From the IMG/VR virus record IMGVR_UViG_3300042445_001170, positions 48,168 to 112,167 of that record: DNA of 64,000 nt; one strand, given 5' to 3'. Numbering within the stretch: position 1 is the stretch's first letter; every line of letters starts with the position of its first letter. The notes under the pieces were generated by a model. It was not told the DNA's origin, did no database searches, and worked only from the letters and a program-made list of their open reading frames with translations. Made by a program: the position numbers and the translations under genes. Below, piece by piece: positions 39,501 to 48,352 of this stretch. Source of the stretch: a virus.

Positions 39501-41878
39501 TCGGCAGCAGCTAATTGTGTTATTTCAGAAAATTGTGGTAGTAATGCTTGATAAGAATCTGCTAGGCTTGATGTAACTGTGCCAGTTGCCATTACTTCTG
39601 CCTTTAATATCTTTATTTCTGCTTCGGACTGCATCGCTATTGCTGCTGTCATTGCATGCCATTTTGCTGCCTCTTGTGCAACGATACCAGTTGAAGTTCC
39701 GTTAACAGATGTAACTCCTGGAATCTTTGGCATATCTTGATTCATGTATGCTTGTGGATTTTTTCCAATTCTTACATTTACTGGACCAGCTCCAGGAACT
39801 GTTCCAAATATTGTTCCCATCTGCTGGCTCTGTGCTGGTATAAGGTGGGACATATCTCTTGAATATGGTGCTCCAATTAATGGATTATCTTTATCTACAA
39901 TTCGTTGTCCTGCTCCGCCTGCAGCAATTACTCCACCTGCAATTGTTGATATAGCTGGCTGAACTGCAACTTTTGCTGCATTCGCTTTTAGCTCAAGGTT
40001 ATTAAAAGACTGTGTTAATGTATTTACTGCATTTGATAAAACAATTGTTGCTTCTGAGTCTGAATAGAACGAAGTTGCTAATCCTTTTGCTGCTGCTTCT
40101 GCAGCCATGATTTCTGGGGTAAGTAGCTTGAATCCTTGGCCACCTTTAGCAAGTTGTCTTAAATGGAATATACCCTTTACAACATATCCAATAAAGTTGC
40201 CCATCACACCAGCCATCATAATAAGAGGACCAGCAATTGCTGTTAGGCCTCCTAATGCATTCAAGAATGTTTTAACTGGGCCTGGAAGGTGCTGGAAGAA
40301 CTTGATGATTGAATCTACAACTTTTAATACTTGTGTGCTTATTCTTAAGAACTGCTCACCTGTTTGTGCTAAATCTGCCTGTACTGATGCCCATGCTCTT
40401 TTAAATTGTCCAGATGCTGACTCTGTCATCATCTTTAATTCTCGCTCAGATATCTGTGCAAGATCTACTGCGCTTGCCTTCATTAAGTCCATGACTTGAA
40501 GTGTCTGCGATCCTTGCTTTCCTAGGTTTTCAAATAGTGCAGACATTCTTGCAAACTGGAACTTACCAAATAGCTGCTCAATTGCTCTTGACTTATCTAA
40601 TGGGTTTAGTTTGTCTAGCGCTGCCTGCAACGCCATAATAGTTCCTGTTAAGTCACCAGCGTTACTATTTACAATACCCTTTAAATCGATTCCAAATCCT
40701 GCAAACTGCTCGGTTGCAACTTTAGTTGGGTTAATAAGAGAAGCCATTGCTGACTTAATTGCGTTAGCGCCTTCAGCAGCATTTACTCCACCTTCTTTCA
40801 TGGCAGTAAGGTAAAGTGCTAAATCTTTTACATCTCCGCCAAGCGATTTAATTACTGGTCCTGCTTTAGGGATTGCTTCAGTTAAATCTGCAAGGCTTGT
40901 TGATGTCTGGTTTTCAACTGCGTTGAGGAAGTCGATTGACTGTGTAAGCTCTTCTGTATTTTGCTTAAATGCATTTTGAATAGCAAGCGTTGCTTTCATA
41001 GCATCTTGTCTATCTACTTCACCAAGAACTGCAAGTCTTGTTGTTTGCTGGGTAGCTTGAATTAAATCATTTCCCTGCTGACCAGTTGCTGCAAGGTCAG
41101 CTGCTAATGCAATTGTTTCTTTGTATGCAACTCCGTATGAGCTAGCAATCTCTTTTGCTGTAGCCTTTACGTCTTTTCTAACCTGAGCTAAGTCTGCTGA
41201 AGATGTCGCTGCAAGACCGCCATAAACTTTTGTAAGTCTTACTAGCTCTGCATCTGCTTCTCTAAATGCTTTTTGTGCAGCCATTCCAAATGCTGCAAGA
41301 GGTACAGTTAAACCAACAGTTAACTGACGACCAGCCCACTGTGTATTCTTACCCCAGTTAATAAGCTGATTAGATCCATCAAGCATAACCTTGTTCATGA
41401 TTGCTGCTTCTTGGCGAGCAAGTGCCATCTTGTTCTTTACTTCATCTAAGCCTTTTGCAACCATTACGTTGTACTGCATTAGGCCTTGTGCATTTTTACC
41501 AACTGGCTGAACTATTGCTTGCTGAAGCATTACTTGCTGCTTTGCAAGATCTCTAATTAAGTTGCTAGTTTTCTTTGTGTGGCCGTTCCAAGCATTATAG
41601 TAATCGTTGAGCTTTAAACGGCCTCTATCTAAGTTCTTGCCGAACTTGTCTACGTCTGAAGATAGTGATACAAAGTGTGAAGAGAACTGGCCAGTTGAAC
41701 GCATCGTTTCTGCAAACGACTTGTTCATCACTGCAATTTGATTTGCAAGCTTGGCGTTAGTTCCCGCTGTTGTTTCTTGTAATTTTACGAGTTGGGCAGT
41801 AACCGCAGCTAGTTGAGTTCTTAAACTCGTGAAGTCTGCGTGGGCGGTAATATTGGTCGTGATTAAATTATCTGCCAT
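33518..41878 (-). CDS. Tape measure protein (2786 aa) with inserted globular domains
   Basis: TP901-like TMP core (GRQLTVGLTVPL; LTEAIPKAGPV; EGANAIKS), long helical regions, ADGG/GEFVV motifs, position after the tail chaperones. Confidence 0.92.
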   Translation of the reverse strand: MADNLITTNITAHADFTSLRTQLAAVTAQLVKLQETTAGTNAKLANQIAVMNKSFAETMRSTGQFSSHFVSLSSDVDKFGKNLDRGRLKLNDYYNAWNGHTKKTSNLIRDLAKQQVMLQQAIVQPVGKNAQGLMQYNVMVAKGLDEVKNKMALARQEAAIMNKVMLDGSNQLINWGKNTQWAGRQLTVGLTVPLAAFGMAAQKAFREADAELVRLTKVYGGLAATSSADLAQVRKDVKATAKEIASSYGVAYKETIALAADLAATGQQGNDLIQATQQTTRLAVLGEVDRQDAMKATLAIQNAFKQNTEELTQSIDFLNAVENQTSTSLADLTEAIPKAGPVIKSLGGDVKDLALYLTAMKEGGVNAAEGANAIKSAMASLINPTKVATEQFAGFGIDLKGIVNSNAGDLTGTIMALQAALDKLNPLDKSRAIEQLFGKFQFARMSALFENLGKQGSQTLQVMDLMKASAVDLAQISERELKMMTESASGQFKRAWASVQADLAQTGEQFLRISTQVLKVVDSIIKFFQHLPGPVKTFLNALGGLTAIAGPLIMMAGVMGNFIGYVVKGIFHLRQLAKGGQGFKLLTPEIMAAEAAAKGLATSFYSDSEATIVLSNAVNTLTQSFNNLELKANAAKVAVQPAISTIAGGVIAAGGAGQRIVDKDNPLIGAPYSRDMSHLIPAQSQQMGTIFGTVPGAGPVNVRIGKNPQAYMNQDMPKIPGVTSVNGTSTGIVAQEAAKWHAMTAAIAMQSEAEIKILKAEVMATGTVTSSLADSYQALLPQFSEITQLAAAETEAIVAQLQASKITVDQARAKVMQMNATVEAMLAETAAATAAGMGRVANLTTVPLTSQPVVDPLTGKSNMKEMFHKGTTKDIVDKIARALGGVRTSGAGYNIQTTKPKFADGGIVPGTGNSDTYHTTAEAGSFVINKKSTQENMPIISNLLGGTPAFADGGQVPVVLTPGEAVIPADIAQDNMPLMHALNGGPGNTSGLGRNLGGGLSENLFTGLKGWLTRNSDPSYDASLKNRVILHDAAVLNHLGFSEDEAVSMAKRDFEEAMQRTKDPKTGQVDRKAFNRFRIQQSRRMQEYIDMQGMGRTVVNKDGSTSKAKYKDLLWQDKAEELKPGGRPSANARIQPTRSLVAALMARADIDQVSLQRVMNTFTANGKLDYASEHLDQDRNFFTEENGNIKSNRTRGNAYLAMAGSSKVNNFTNWLASMTQGKFVDRVPLTGNAARETADLLAKELKYGNAQNLIKRMPVIQRGHMITQMMRLLLTRGRALPLTKEIAANSGGEIPGQFAQRLFGGGKAMFLGMPKTIKQVEQQRAMKAAMEKADIAVKDSRFAKHPVTEYGDLLEPTSGRSFPVPGIGGVYTRNGEKVFVKPMLDEKAALAEMRATQIAREAHGLKAPKQTLNVMRDPTDPKGLRKLLVLESPFDKALTVQDGKFTTDEYFRQLLASSLRGDKDLGRGNLSGNVLSDVGTAGVFSTASGLRDYAGFMPSVGDQAMVNLLGIKGSGAKKFFAESTMDIPKGMTPDAYNSRMLEEIEATLPRLKKTIGSFDLNQQEKVVYAKMIKRLEDARDVKWRELHGVHSAVVPSKETNLTPAALAKIAAAEELKRRQSGHIVSLSDAGFKSSANGFAIGGMIGNVLKGKAMHRIGAGFGPTGAPKPSMYESAPWGVNSLSIEMANTLFANTGLRKHTQKLFYDKFAAALAKEKPYGYVKDAKGSLKNALEPDVLDAVVRSAASDLIGDRSVLKQLSPIDKDILRQKYLNWESKKDTPLTESLKKIIFGLEGREKGGPVNGGQAYIVGEKGPELFVPRVSGGIVPNNKYGIGGQIAGGMAVAAGAQFIASKVANPIISMIIQQVGFMLPMMMQSAAMMGGGGKGKLMSKVPASMTTPVGVISGKTGGLTKYGTAITEMATSGKKFQAVIGKLGLAMTRFNLIAFGAVTAVTLGIKLWKNHQESMRLNALGYGMTAEAAKKAGLRFTDFNKKLKETVADAQAVKERNQMMYESMTTSGTPLKLTIEQYKKLKKEVNSVYKDQIALINKTSYDDQADLAIRLKEQLMAMGMSAEDATAKIYAMYKASNQSNNTSAFTTSSKAFMNIKTSVDAAREALNTYSDAVRKDLDPTEQANALNTAAMGIDTAIADKESDAMKARKKDKSKPSFISTAESDKIKWDAEKQALDQISSKLEGQKRLSKETLDEMEKQNPALRKIASEQDTALTLWKKTRIEARGFIGDLSGLSAAQTNALYALQSAVAKGVETTNRGGILKAQYVALDKLKGLQEKYQKALKGQSVAQQISDRDRLAAINKQIDANNKLADARKKALQDKKNEQDSGRAIEAKKLELQNAEATGNTAGAQQARLDLEGLVATQQYDAQIKAIDAATEKANAPLKKAAEAMAKKQQDLGDAAAYAGEKLGDVTKEIETNEGKIEALNKAMTTYRLAIEIHKDDLKKWKTTDEAKGMLAAITQAATDAKVDMSGLPKDKDGNVGIAAGQALFDSVSSGLEASLKEQGIVVNGDVIINGKKIDLGNAGSKTATLADPGKIAGKKTGTGATGDPIQYFTQSGKKVTKKEYESMPVGSPSQTQSYIIPDSKLSGKEFASRDAAMRAFYKAHKSSWLQGDTTYTSNGMVMQDGKIIGSWLAAMGDQSGRVKSYKDGGLLSGPGTGTSDSIYMPMMPKGKYASGAYVSNGEFVVNAQAVRQPGILPLLERINNMQYSVPQSNFQAAAFNVGSGSTINLTQNIYPSDGMNTESFVRQVVTMTKQAIGQDAKLNAKMVGTKRT

Positions 41879-41887
41879 ATACTTATA

Positions 41888-42552
41888 TTACTCTATTCGG
41901 TATCCTAATCCTGCTCCGACGCCAAAACCAGCTTCGCTGGCAAAAGATCCTTGTAATGAAACAACATCATCTGCTGCTGCATTTATACCAAGCGCTCTTC
42001 TTCTAACATCTTCGAAGGAGGAACCCTCCTCATTTTCATTACTGCTTTCATTTAAATCTACTCCCTGAATTGAAGCTAAGAATCTTCTTTTCTCCGATTC
42101 AGTCTTTTGCATTGATTTAAAAGTCTGGATTAACTCTGGCATTGAAAGATTATCTTCTAATTGTTCGTAATTTATCCAATTACCAAGAAGAAAAACTTCC
42201 CCTTCTAAAGCGGCTAGATCTAGTTCTGACCAGCCAGTACTGCTGCCGCTAGTAGGTTTGGGTCGTCCATCTTAATTCCTCCGCAAACTTCTAGAATGCG
42301 ATTGATAGTTGGAACGTCAAGTGTGTCTTCAAATGCGTCTTTATCTGCTACTAGGTCTGGGAGTTGCTTTTGTAGTGCCACTCCGCATGCCTCAATAAGA
42401 ATTGTCAATGTCTCATCTTCTGATGTTACTTCTTGTGTTCTCTGAATGACTTTCATAAACTCACGAAGCTCTTTAATTGTTAAAGGCTTGAGTTTAACTG
42501 TTGCGCCATTTTGTAGTTGAATTTCTTCAACATCATATACTGTAGTTGCCAA
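41888..42552 (-). CDS. Tail assembly chaperone, long (GT) form made by -1 frameshift
   Basis: Slippery heptamer C-CCA-AAC at 42256-42262; the -1 frame is open (PTSGSSTGWSELDLAALEGEVFLLGNW...) into ORF 41888..42142. Confidence 0.8.
42220..42552 (-). CDS. Tail assembly chaperone, short (G) form
   Basis: Between the major tail gene and the TMP; TTG start with AGGAGG RBS. Confidence 0.85.
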   Translation of the reverse strand: MATTVYDVEEIQLQNGATVKLKPLTIKELREFMKVIQRTQEVTSEDETLTILIEACGVALQKQLPDLVADKDAFEDTLDVPTINRILEVCGGIKMDDPNLLAAAVLAGQN

Positions 42553-42617
42553 TTTAATCCTCCTAGGATTTCGTCTTAATTATTGTATCATATCGGAAAT
42601 ATCATAGCAATAGAAAA

Positions 42618-42637
42618 CCCCCTAATTTCTTAGGGGG
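42618..42637 (-). terminator. Intrinsic terminator after the major tail gene
   Basis: CCCCCTAA-GAAA-TTAGGGGG followed by TTTT. Confidence 0.75.
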
Positions 42638-42661
42638 CAATCTATTAATTAATTATATTAA

Positions 42662-43375
42662 TTAGGCTGTCTTGTTAAGAACACGGTCTACGATGAAACC
42701 ATATTCCTGACCTGACTTTGAGCCGTCTGGAAGCAAACGGAATGTAACTGGGAATGTTGATGCTGCGTTACGAGCCAAAGAGAACTGTGACTGTTGTACA
42801 GAAAGAACACGACGTGCATAGTATACACGCTCTGCCTTTGATACACCTGCTCCAGAAGTTGGAGCCTGACCTACTGCAACAAGCTGACGCTCTGTTGGAG
42901 CCTCGCCGAGAGCACCACCAGCAAGACCAAGCTTGTCTACTGTTGCTCCTTCTGTGAGTGTGCTTGAGCTCTGGCCGAATACTGTAAGAACATTCTCTAG
43001 AGTACCTTCTGCCATTTCTGTAGCGATCATAACTTCCATTGACTCCTTGAAAAGCTTTGCTGTATCAAGAAGCTGATCTACTGTAACTGAACCGTATGAA
43101 GGGTTGTATGTTACCTGAAGACCATTGTTTGTGTAACCAACGTTTCTGTAATAGAATGCTGGTGTAGTTGTGCTAGTTACCTCATTCAAGGTATCTGTGT
43201 AAGACTTTCCGTCTGCTGATGCTGTTGGTGCTGAAAATGCTGGTGCTGTTGAACCAACTTCTCCAGGTGCAAAATTCTCGACGTATCCTGATGTTGTAAC
43301 GTCTAAGTTTGTGATAAATAGTGGTGAAGCACCAACTAGAATATTCTTAGCATTACCTGCAATTTGATTTGCCAT
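42662..43375 (-). CDS. Major tail (tube) protein
   Basis: VGYTNNGLQVTY, VTVDQ, FPVTFRLLPD; strong RBS, terminator and position. Confidence 0.85.
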   Translation of the reverse strand: MANQIAGNAKNILVGASPLFITNLDVTTSGYVENFAPGEVGSTAPAFSAPTASADGKSYTDTLNEVTSTTTPAFYYRNVGYTNNGLQVTYNPSYGSVTVDQLLDTAKLFKESMEVMIATEMAEGTLENVLTVFGQSSSTLTEGATVDKLGLAGGALGEAPTERQLVAVGQAPTSGAGVSKAERVYYARRVLSVQQSQFSLARNAASTFPVTFRLLPDGSKSGQEYGFIVDRVLNKTA

Positions 43376-43498
43376 TTGTAAAACCTCCTGTTAAATAAAC
43401 ATATATATATATTGACTTACATTTTAAATCTAATCAAAGCTGGCTAGGCTCTCTTTTTCCTCTTAGCTAATTTTACTGGATAACTAGACTAAAAGCAA

Positions 43499-44008
43499 CT
43501 AGTTGAATCTGCCCTTGGAATCGGTGGTCCTTGAATACTTGACCTCTAGGATGACATCTGTGGATATAAAACCCTGAAGTTCTGCTGAAGGCTCTATGGG
43601 TGATGTCTCGACCACATGAATGCTGTGGAATATTAATTTATCTGTATCTCTGGCATTATTGGCATCCCTGGCTGACTCATCCATTCTGCGGAATAGGTCC
43701 ATCATGAGGTTTCTTATTTCATATACCTCTGTGATATCTGTAGAGTAAATTGTAAATAGGACCTTTTCGCAGGCTATTAGCCAGATGTCCTCAAATGACA
43801 TTCCGATCTTATCGTACACAATATGTTTTTTGCCATTTAGGAATTGATCCATTTCTGGTGACTGCTGAACGGGGATAATAGGAATTATTTCTCTTCCTAG
43901 ATTATCTGAATAGTAGTCATACGGATCAAATATTCCAGCGTCTTTTAATTCTTTCCACAAAAATTTACGAAGCTCAAACATTGCGTCTATTTTATAGTCT
44001 ACCGTCAT
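43499..44008 (-). CDS. Putative tail terminator/completion protein
   Basis: Position and size. Confidence 0.55.
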   Translation of the reverse strand: MTVDYKIDAMFELRKFLWKELKDAGIFDPYDYYSDNLGREIIPIIPVQQSPEMDQFLNGKKHIVYDKIGMSFEDIWLIACEKVLFTIYSTDITEVYEIRNLMMDLFRRMDESARDANNARDTDKLIFHSIHVVETSPIEPSAELQGFISTDVILEVKYSRTTDSKGRFN

Positions 44009-44793
44009 AGTGAGCCTCCAAATGCTGCCTGTAGTGATGCGTCCGCCTGTGTTCTTATTTTACCAGGACTGAAGCTATATTGCACCTTCTTTATACTAAT
44101 TGGAATATTTAATGCTTTTGTCATTTTTGAGTTAAATATTCTTTGTAGTCCTGATGACTTTATGGATGAATTTACTAGCTGCCCGCCAAAAAATCTTCCG
44201 TAAGATAATGCGAATTGATTTGTTACCTGTGCTCCTCCTGGCCTCTTGACGGTCACTGACGTGCCTTTAGGCATAAACACTGTTTCACCATCTAGTTCAA
44301 ATACTAGGCGCTCAGCGGACCTTGGGCGGATTACTACGGGCATCCCAGTCTCCATCACAAGAGCTTTATTTGCAAATATGTATTTCTTCTTTTGTTTTTT
44401 ATTTTTAGATGGGACTGAAGATTTAGATAATTTAAAATCATAATTGATTCTAAAAGAAAGTCCGTCAGTATCAAATCTAGATAGCCTAAATAGTCTCGAT
44501 GTTGGAACGCCAACCTTGTTCCATTCATAAACGTGATGCAATGATCTTGGTCTTACCCTTGCCTGTGAATCAATATATTCGCCAAAATCTTTTTCTATTT
44601 GATTAAATATTGTTGTTTTAAATAAATTCTTAAACTCAGCATTTGTTGTTAGCTTTGAAAGCACCGCTGCTTCATAATACAAGAATGCAGATACTTGTGC
44701 CACTGTACTATCCCTAAGAACTCCTGGGGCTGAACCTGCCATTAATCTTTCAAGTCCGCTGGCAGTTTGAATTAAGGCTACGCTAGAATCCAA
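44005..44793 (-). CDS. Putative neck/tail completion protein (likely TTG start at 44793)
   Basis: Position; VVIRPRSAERLVF motif. Confidence 0.55.
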   Translation of the reverse strand: MDSSVALIQTASGLERLMAGSAPGVLRDSTVAQVSAFLYYEAAVLSKLTTNAEFKNLFKTTIFNQIEKDFGEYIDSQARVRPRSLHHVYEWNKVGVPTSRLFRLSRFDTDGLSFRINYDFKLSKSSVPSKNKKQKKKYIFANKALVMETGMPVVIRPRSAERLVFELDGETVFMPKGTSVTVKRPGGAQVTNQFALSYGRFFGGQLVNSSIKSSGLQRIFNSKMTKALNIPISIKKVQYSFSPGKIRTQADASLQAAFGGSL

Positions 44794-45208
44794 TTTCCTG
44801 GTTCTCCGATCTCTTTGCAACAGAGTTGTATGCAAGAACATTACCAAATGGATCGGTAATCGGGGTAGAGCTTATTACCTCAAATACTGTTGGTGTATTG
44901 TTTGGATAATTTATTTCTTTCCATATTACATTGCCAGACATATCTCTAACATTAGTAATCTTTTCTCTATATGTTATCTGGTCTGGTGTTCTGATTTCAA
45001 GCATTTGTTCATTTATGTATCTATTGTTAAATATCTGTTTATCTCCGCCTCGACCAGAACCAGAATTTGAAATTATTCCTTTTGCCGCACATGGCACGGA
45101 CCTAGTAAATATCCATTCCTTTTTAATAGCCCCAGTATTCTCATCCTGAGTGTCTAATTGAAGATAGATGTCTAGCTTCATTGGCATTAATGAAGTTGCT
45201 AGGCTCAT
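44783..45208 (-). CDS. Putative head-closure (stopper) protein
   Basis: Position, size, beta-rich sequence. Confidence 0.55.
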   Translation of the reverse strand: MSLATSLMPMKLDIYLQLDTQDENTGAIKKEWIFTRSVPCAAKGIISNSGSGRGGDKQIFNNRYINEQMLEIRTPDQITYREKITNVRDMSGNVIWKEINYPNNTPTVFEVISSTPITDPFGNVLAYNSVAKRSENQEIGF

Positions 45209-46186
45209 TTAAATTATAACCATGCCGTTTGTGACATATGGTGCAAGTAATTGATCTGCATATAGACTTCCAGTTCCTTTATGTGCACTATCCATAAATT
45301 CAAACTTCCAGTCAAATGTACTTATGTTTTTTACGTATCTATCTTTCCAAGTACGATCTTTTTCAAAGTACTGCTGCATTAATGTCAGGCAAGCTTCAGA
45401 CACATTATCTGGCACACGCTCCCAACCGTACCATCCAGTAACAACATATTTATAATCTTTTTTAAAAGCTCCAAAGTAGGATCTATCATTAATGCTTGGA
45501 GGAACTAGCCCATTAGCTGTGTATACTAAATTGTCATACATATCTTGTTTATTTACTGCAAGACCATAATTTGATTCAGATATCTTTAAATCATAGGGCC
45601 AATTATTAATTTGTGACGGATAATCTTTTAGCACAATGTCTTCTTCTTTAAGAACGGTAATCCCAATAATTCTTGTTTTTAATGGAAGTATGTCTGTTCC
45701 ATTGCCATACTGCGTCTCTGTCATATATCTTTGTGAAAAGAATTGATTTGTATAAGCATCAATTAGTTTTCTTGCATATCGTTCTGCATTTTTTAATTCA
45801 TTATATGACCTATAGTTTGGATCAGATACGTCTGTTCCAACATTTAGTCTATCAAGAGATTCAGAAATGCTGACGTATGGTCTAACAACATCTAGTATTT
45901 GCTTGTGTGTTGTTGGTGTTCCATTTACAGAATAGCTCCATGTAATTTCTAATGTTGGCTCATTAAAATTAGATGCGGCTTGTGGAATTATAATTTCATA
46001 AGTTCCAAAATCTGAATCCAACTTTGTTGCAGTGTAGGAGGCTGACGGCAGGCTACCAAACGGTGCTCCGTCTGGGTTTGATCTTTTAACTAATGCAGTG
46101 ACTGTTCCATCTGCATCGGTTATTTCACCTGCCCAGTAAATTTTAGTTATTACTCTTGAGGCTTGATCTTTATATATTTCTGCCAT
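45209..46186 (-). CDS. Head-tail adaptor protein
   Basis: ARKLIDAYTNQFF...GWERVPDNVSEAC...DQLLAPY pattern. Confidence 0.65.
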   Translation of the reverse strand: MAEIYKDQASRVITKIYWAGEITDADGTVTALVKRSNPDGAPFGSLPSASYTATKLDSDFGTYEIIIPQAASNFNEPTLEITWSYSVNGTPTTHKQILDVVRPYVSISESLDRLNVGTDVSDPNYRSYNELKNAERYARKLIDAYTNQFFSQRYMTETQYGNGTDILPLKTRIIGITVLKEEDIVLKDYPSQINNWPYDLKISESNYGLAVNKQDMYDNLVYTANGLVPPSINDRSYFGAFKKDYKYVVTGWYGWERVPDNVSEACLTLMQQYFEKDRTWKDRYVKNISTFDWKFEFMDSAHKGTGSLYADQLLAPYVTNGMVII

Positions 46187-46202
46187 TAACTTATGTTAAC
46201 GT

Positions 46203-46595
46203 TTAGTTATAGAAGTCTTGAACTTCCTTTGGTGTCGCTAAACGAAAACCCTCCTCTGTATCAAAGATTTTTTGAGCATCTTCTTCTGACATAGCCACAA
46301 AAGGATGGTCCTTTGTAAAAGTTTTTCCATGAATATCGTATCTCATGTTCTCTCTTGTCATTCTAACTAAGATTGTATCTTCAGCCTGTGCCTTTGGGTC
46401 AAACTTTGGAAGAATTTCAATTTCTTCTGTGTCCTTCTCAATTGCATCTAATGTGCTTTGATATACGCTCCAAGTAACGCCTTCTTCTGCTAGAGCAGCA
46501 ATAATGTCTTTTTTATTCTTTAGGCCTTCTGTATCAACCGCAAAATCTGTTGCAATTATTTTTAATTCAGCTACCTTTAATGTGTCAAACGACAT
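46203..46595 (-). CDS. Hypothetical protein with an N-terminal Rho-N/HeH-like motif
   Basis: LKVAELKIIA....EGLKNKKDIIAAL. Confidence 0.6.
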   Translation of the reverse strand: MSFDTLKVAELKIIATDFAVDTEGLKNKKDIIAALAEEGVTWSVYQSTLDAIEKDTEEIEILPKFDPKAQAEDTILVRMTRENMRYDIHGKTFTKDHPFVAMSEEDAQKIFDTEEGFRLATPKEVQDFYN

Positions 46596-46654
46596 ATTCT
46601 ATTTCTCCTTTTTCTAGGTCCTTTAATTATAGCATTGTTAAATTTAAATGAAAA

Positions 46655-46676
46655 GCCCCCAAAATTAATTGGGGGC
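46655..46676 (-). terminator. Intrinsic terminator after the capsid gene
   Basis: GCCCCCAA/TTGGGGGC stem followed by TTTT. Confidence 0.75.
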
Positions 46677-46702
46677 CTTTCGGTAGTTTAATTCTTAATT
46701 AA

Positions 46703-47752
46703 TTAAGAAGCAACCTTAACGTTCTTTACAACTACCCAAGCGTCTGCCTGCTCGATTTGAACGCCAACACGAGTATACATTGTGTACTCGATTGAGTCCT
46801 TACGTGGCCAGAAGAAGCGGTAAACAGTAACATCACGCTTGATACCAATAACAACGTTATTTGGGAATGTCAAGTGGATATCTCCGTGTGAACCTGATGG
46901 GCTTGCGTATGTACCTGTCTGTGTCTCAGGAAGCAATGGAACTTCAACGATTGGAATACCAAATGCGTATGGAGCGACATAACCTGCTGGACCACCAAGA
47001 ACTGGAACATCTCCACGGATGATGCCTGAAGCAATGTCCTGTGGGTTAACATTCTGAATGTTTGTTGATGTTGAGTATAGGTAATCTTGGATCAAGTTTG
47101 ATCCTGCAAGGAAGCGAAGGTCTGTACGACGTTGCTTGTACTTACGTGGAAGAGCCTTAAGAGCTGAGTTAAATACTGCACGAGAAACTGCAGCACCTGC
47201 AGCATCGACAACGTGACCGCTTGTCTTTGCCTTCTTAACTACACCGTCAAAAGACTTGTATAGTGCATCGCTTGAAAGTGATGTATCACCGTTAAGAATA
47301 ACATCTTCGATGTCATTTCCTGCCTGTGTTGCCATCATACGTGCAATGTGATCTTCTAGATCTGCACCTTCAATGTTGTCTTCTAGAGACTCTGTTGAAA
47401 GCTCCCAGTCCATGCGAAGCTTCTTAGTTGTGAGAGAAATTTTTGAGAAAGTAACACCTGAGTTAGCTCCTGTGTTTTCGCCTTCAGATGCAAGCTTTAC
47501 AAGCTTCTCTCCTACGGACATACGATCAATTTCTGTTGTGTCAGCTTTCATGCGGACTGTACGTGCAACCTTACCAATTACGGTAGCATCGAACATATAG
47601 TCCAAGAATCGTGCTGATTGTTCTGGGTTTAGAAGTCCACCGTTGCCATTTTCTGAAGCAACATGAACGCCTGAACCACCTGTTGAAGAACCGAACCCAG
47701 TTGATACTGTTGCACCAGCTGCTGCGGCCTTTTCTAATAATTCATTACTCAT
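46703..47752 (-). CDS. Major capsid protein (HK97 fold)
   Basis: GGLLNPEQSARF, ESLEDNIEG, NGD, GIPIVEVP; follows the protease gene and precedes a terminator. Confidence 0.9.
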   Translation of the reverse strand: MSNELLEKAAAAGATVSTGFGSSTGGSGVHVASENGNGGLLNPEQSARFLDYMFDATVIGKVARTVRMKADTTEIDRMSVGEKLVKLASEGENTGANSGVTFSKISLTTKKLRMDWELSTESLEDNIEGADLEDHIARMMATQAGNDIEDVILNGDTSLSSDALYKSFDGVVKKAKTSGHVVDAAGAAVSRAVFNSALKALPRKYKQRRTDLRFLAGSNLIQDYLYSTSTNIQNVNPQDIASGIIRGDVPVLGGPAGYVAPYAFGIPIVEVPLLPETQTGTYASPSGSHGDIHLTFPNNVVIGIKRDVTVYRFFWPRKDSIEYTMYTRVGVQIEQADAWVVVKNVKVAS

Positions 47753-47773
47753 TTTTATTTCACCTACCTTATT

Positions 47774-48352
47774 TTAGTTAAAGATTTCATTTACGGAACC
47801 GAGGAAAGCTCCAGACCATTTTGATTTTGATTTGGTAAATACCTCAGACCCGCCAAGGTCAGAGGACTTCTTAATTGCGGTATCGCCTTCTACGGCATCA
47901 ACCTGCTTTTGAACACCATCAATGGTGCCCTTTATTTCTGTCACAGCTGCACTAAGTGCACTGTGCTTTTCTGCCAACTCAGAAATTCTATCATCGACGC
48001 TCTTGCTGAAAGCTTCAACAGATGTTTTAATTTCTGTAACTTGTGCAGCATTTGCTTCTGTAGCTTTTGTGAGTGTCTCTGCGAAAAAGCCTTTGAGATC
48101 GCCTAACATTTTTGCAAAATCAGGTTCATCAACCATAACTTCTACTGTATCGGCTGCTTTTTCAACGTTGTCGGCAGAGGTATCTTCAGCTGTAACTTCT
48201 ACAGCTTCCAATGATTTGTCAAAAAGATTGACATTTGATTCATCGTTAGCTTCCGCTACGACTTCCTCAACTTCTGGAGTAACTTCGGCTGGCGCTTCAA
48301 CAATTGCTTCTGCAACTACTTCTGCATCATTACCTACATTAAGTTTTTCCAT
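47774..48352 (-). CDS. Nested in-frame scaffolding protein (internal start)
   Basis: AAGGAGGT (48359-48366) 6 nt before the in-frame ATG at 48352 (MEKLNVG...). Confidence 0.6.
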   Translation of the reverse strand: MEKLNVGNDAEVVAEAIVEAPAEVTPEVEEVVAEANDESNVNLFDKSLEAVEVTAEDTSADNVEKAADTVEVMVDEPDFAKMLGDLKGFFAETLTKATEANAAQVTEIKTSVEAFSKSVDDRISELAEKHSALSAAVTEIKGTIDGVQKQVDAVEGDTAIKKSSDLGGSEVFTKSKSKWSGAFLGSVNEIFN

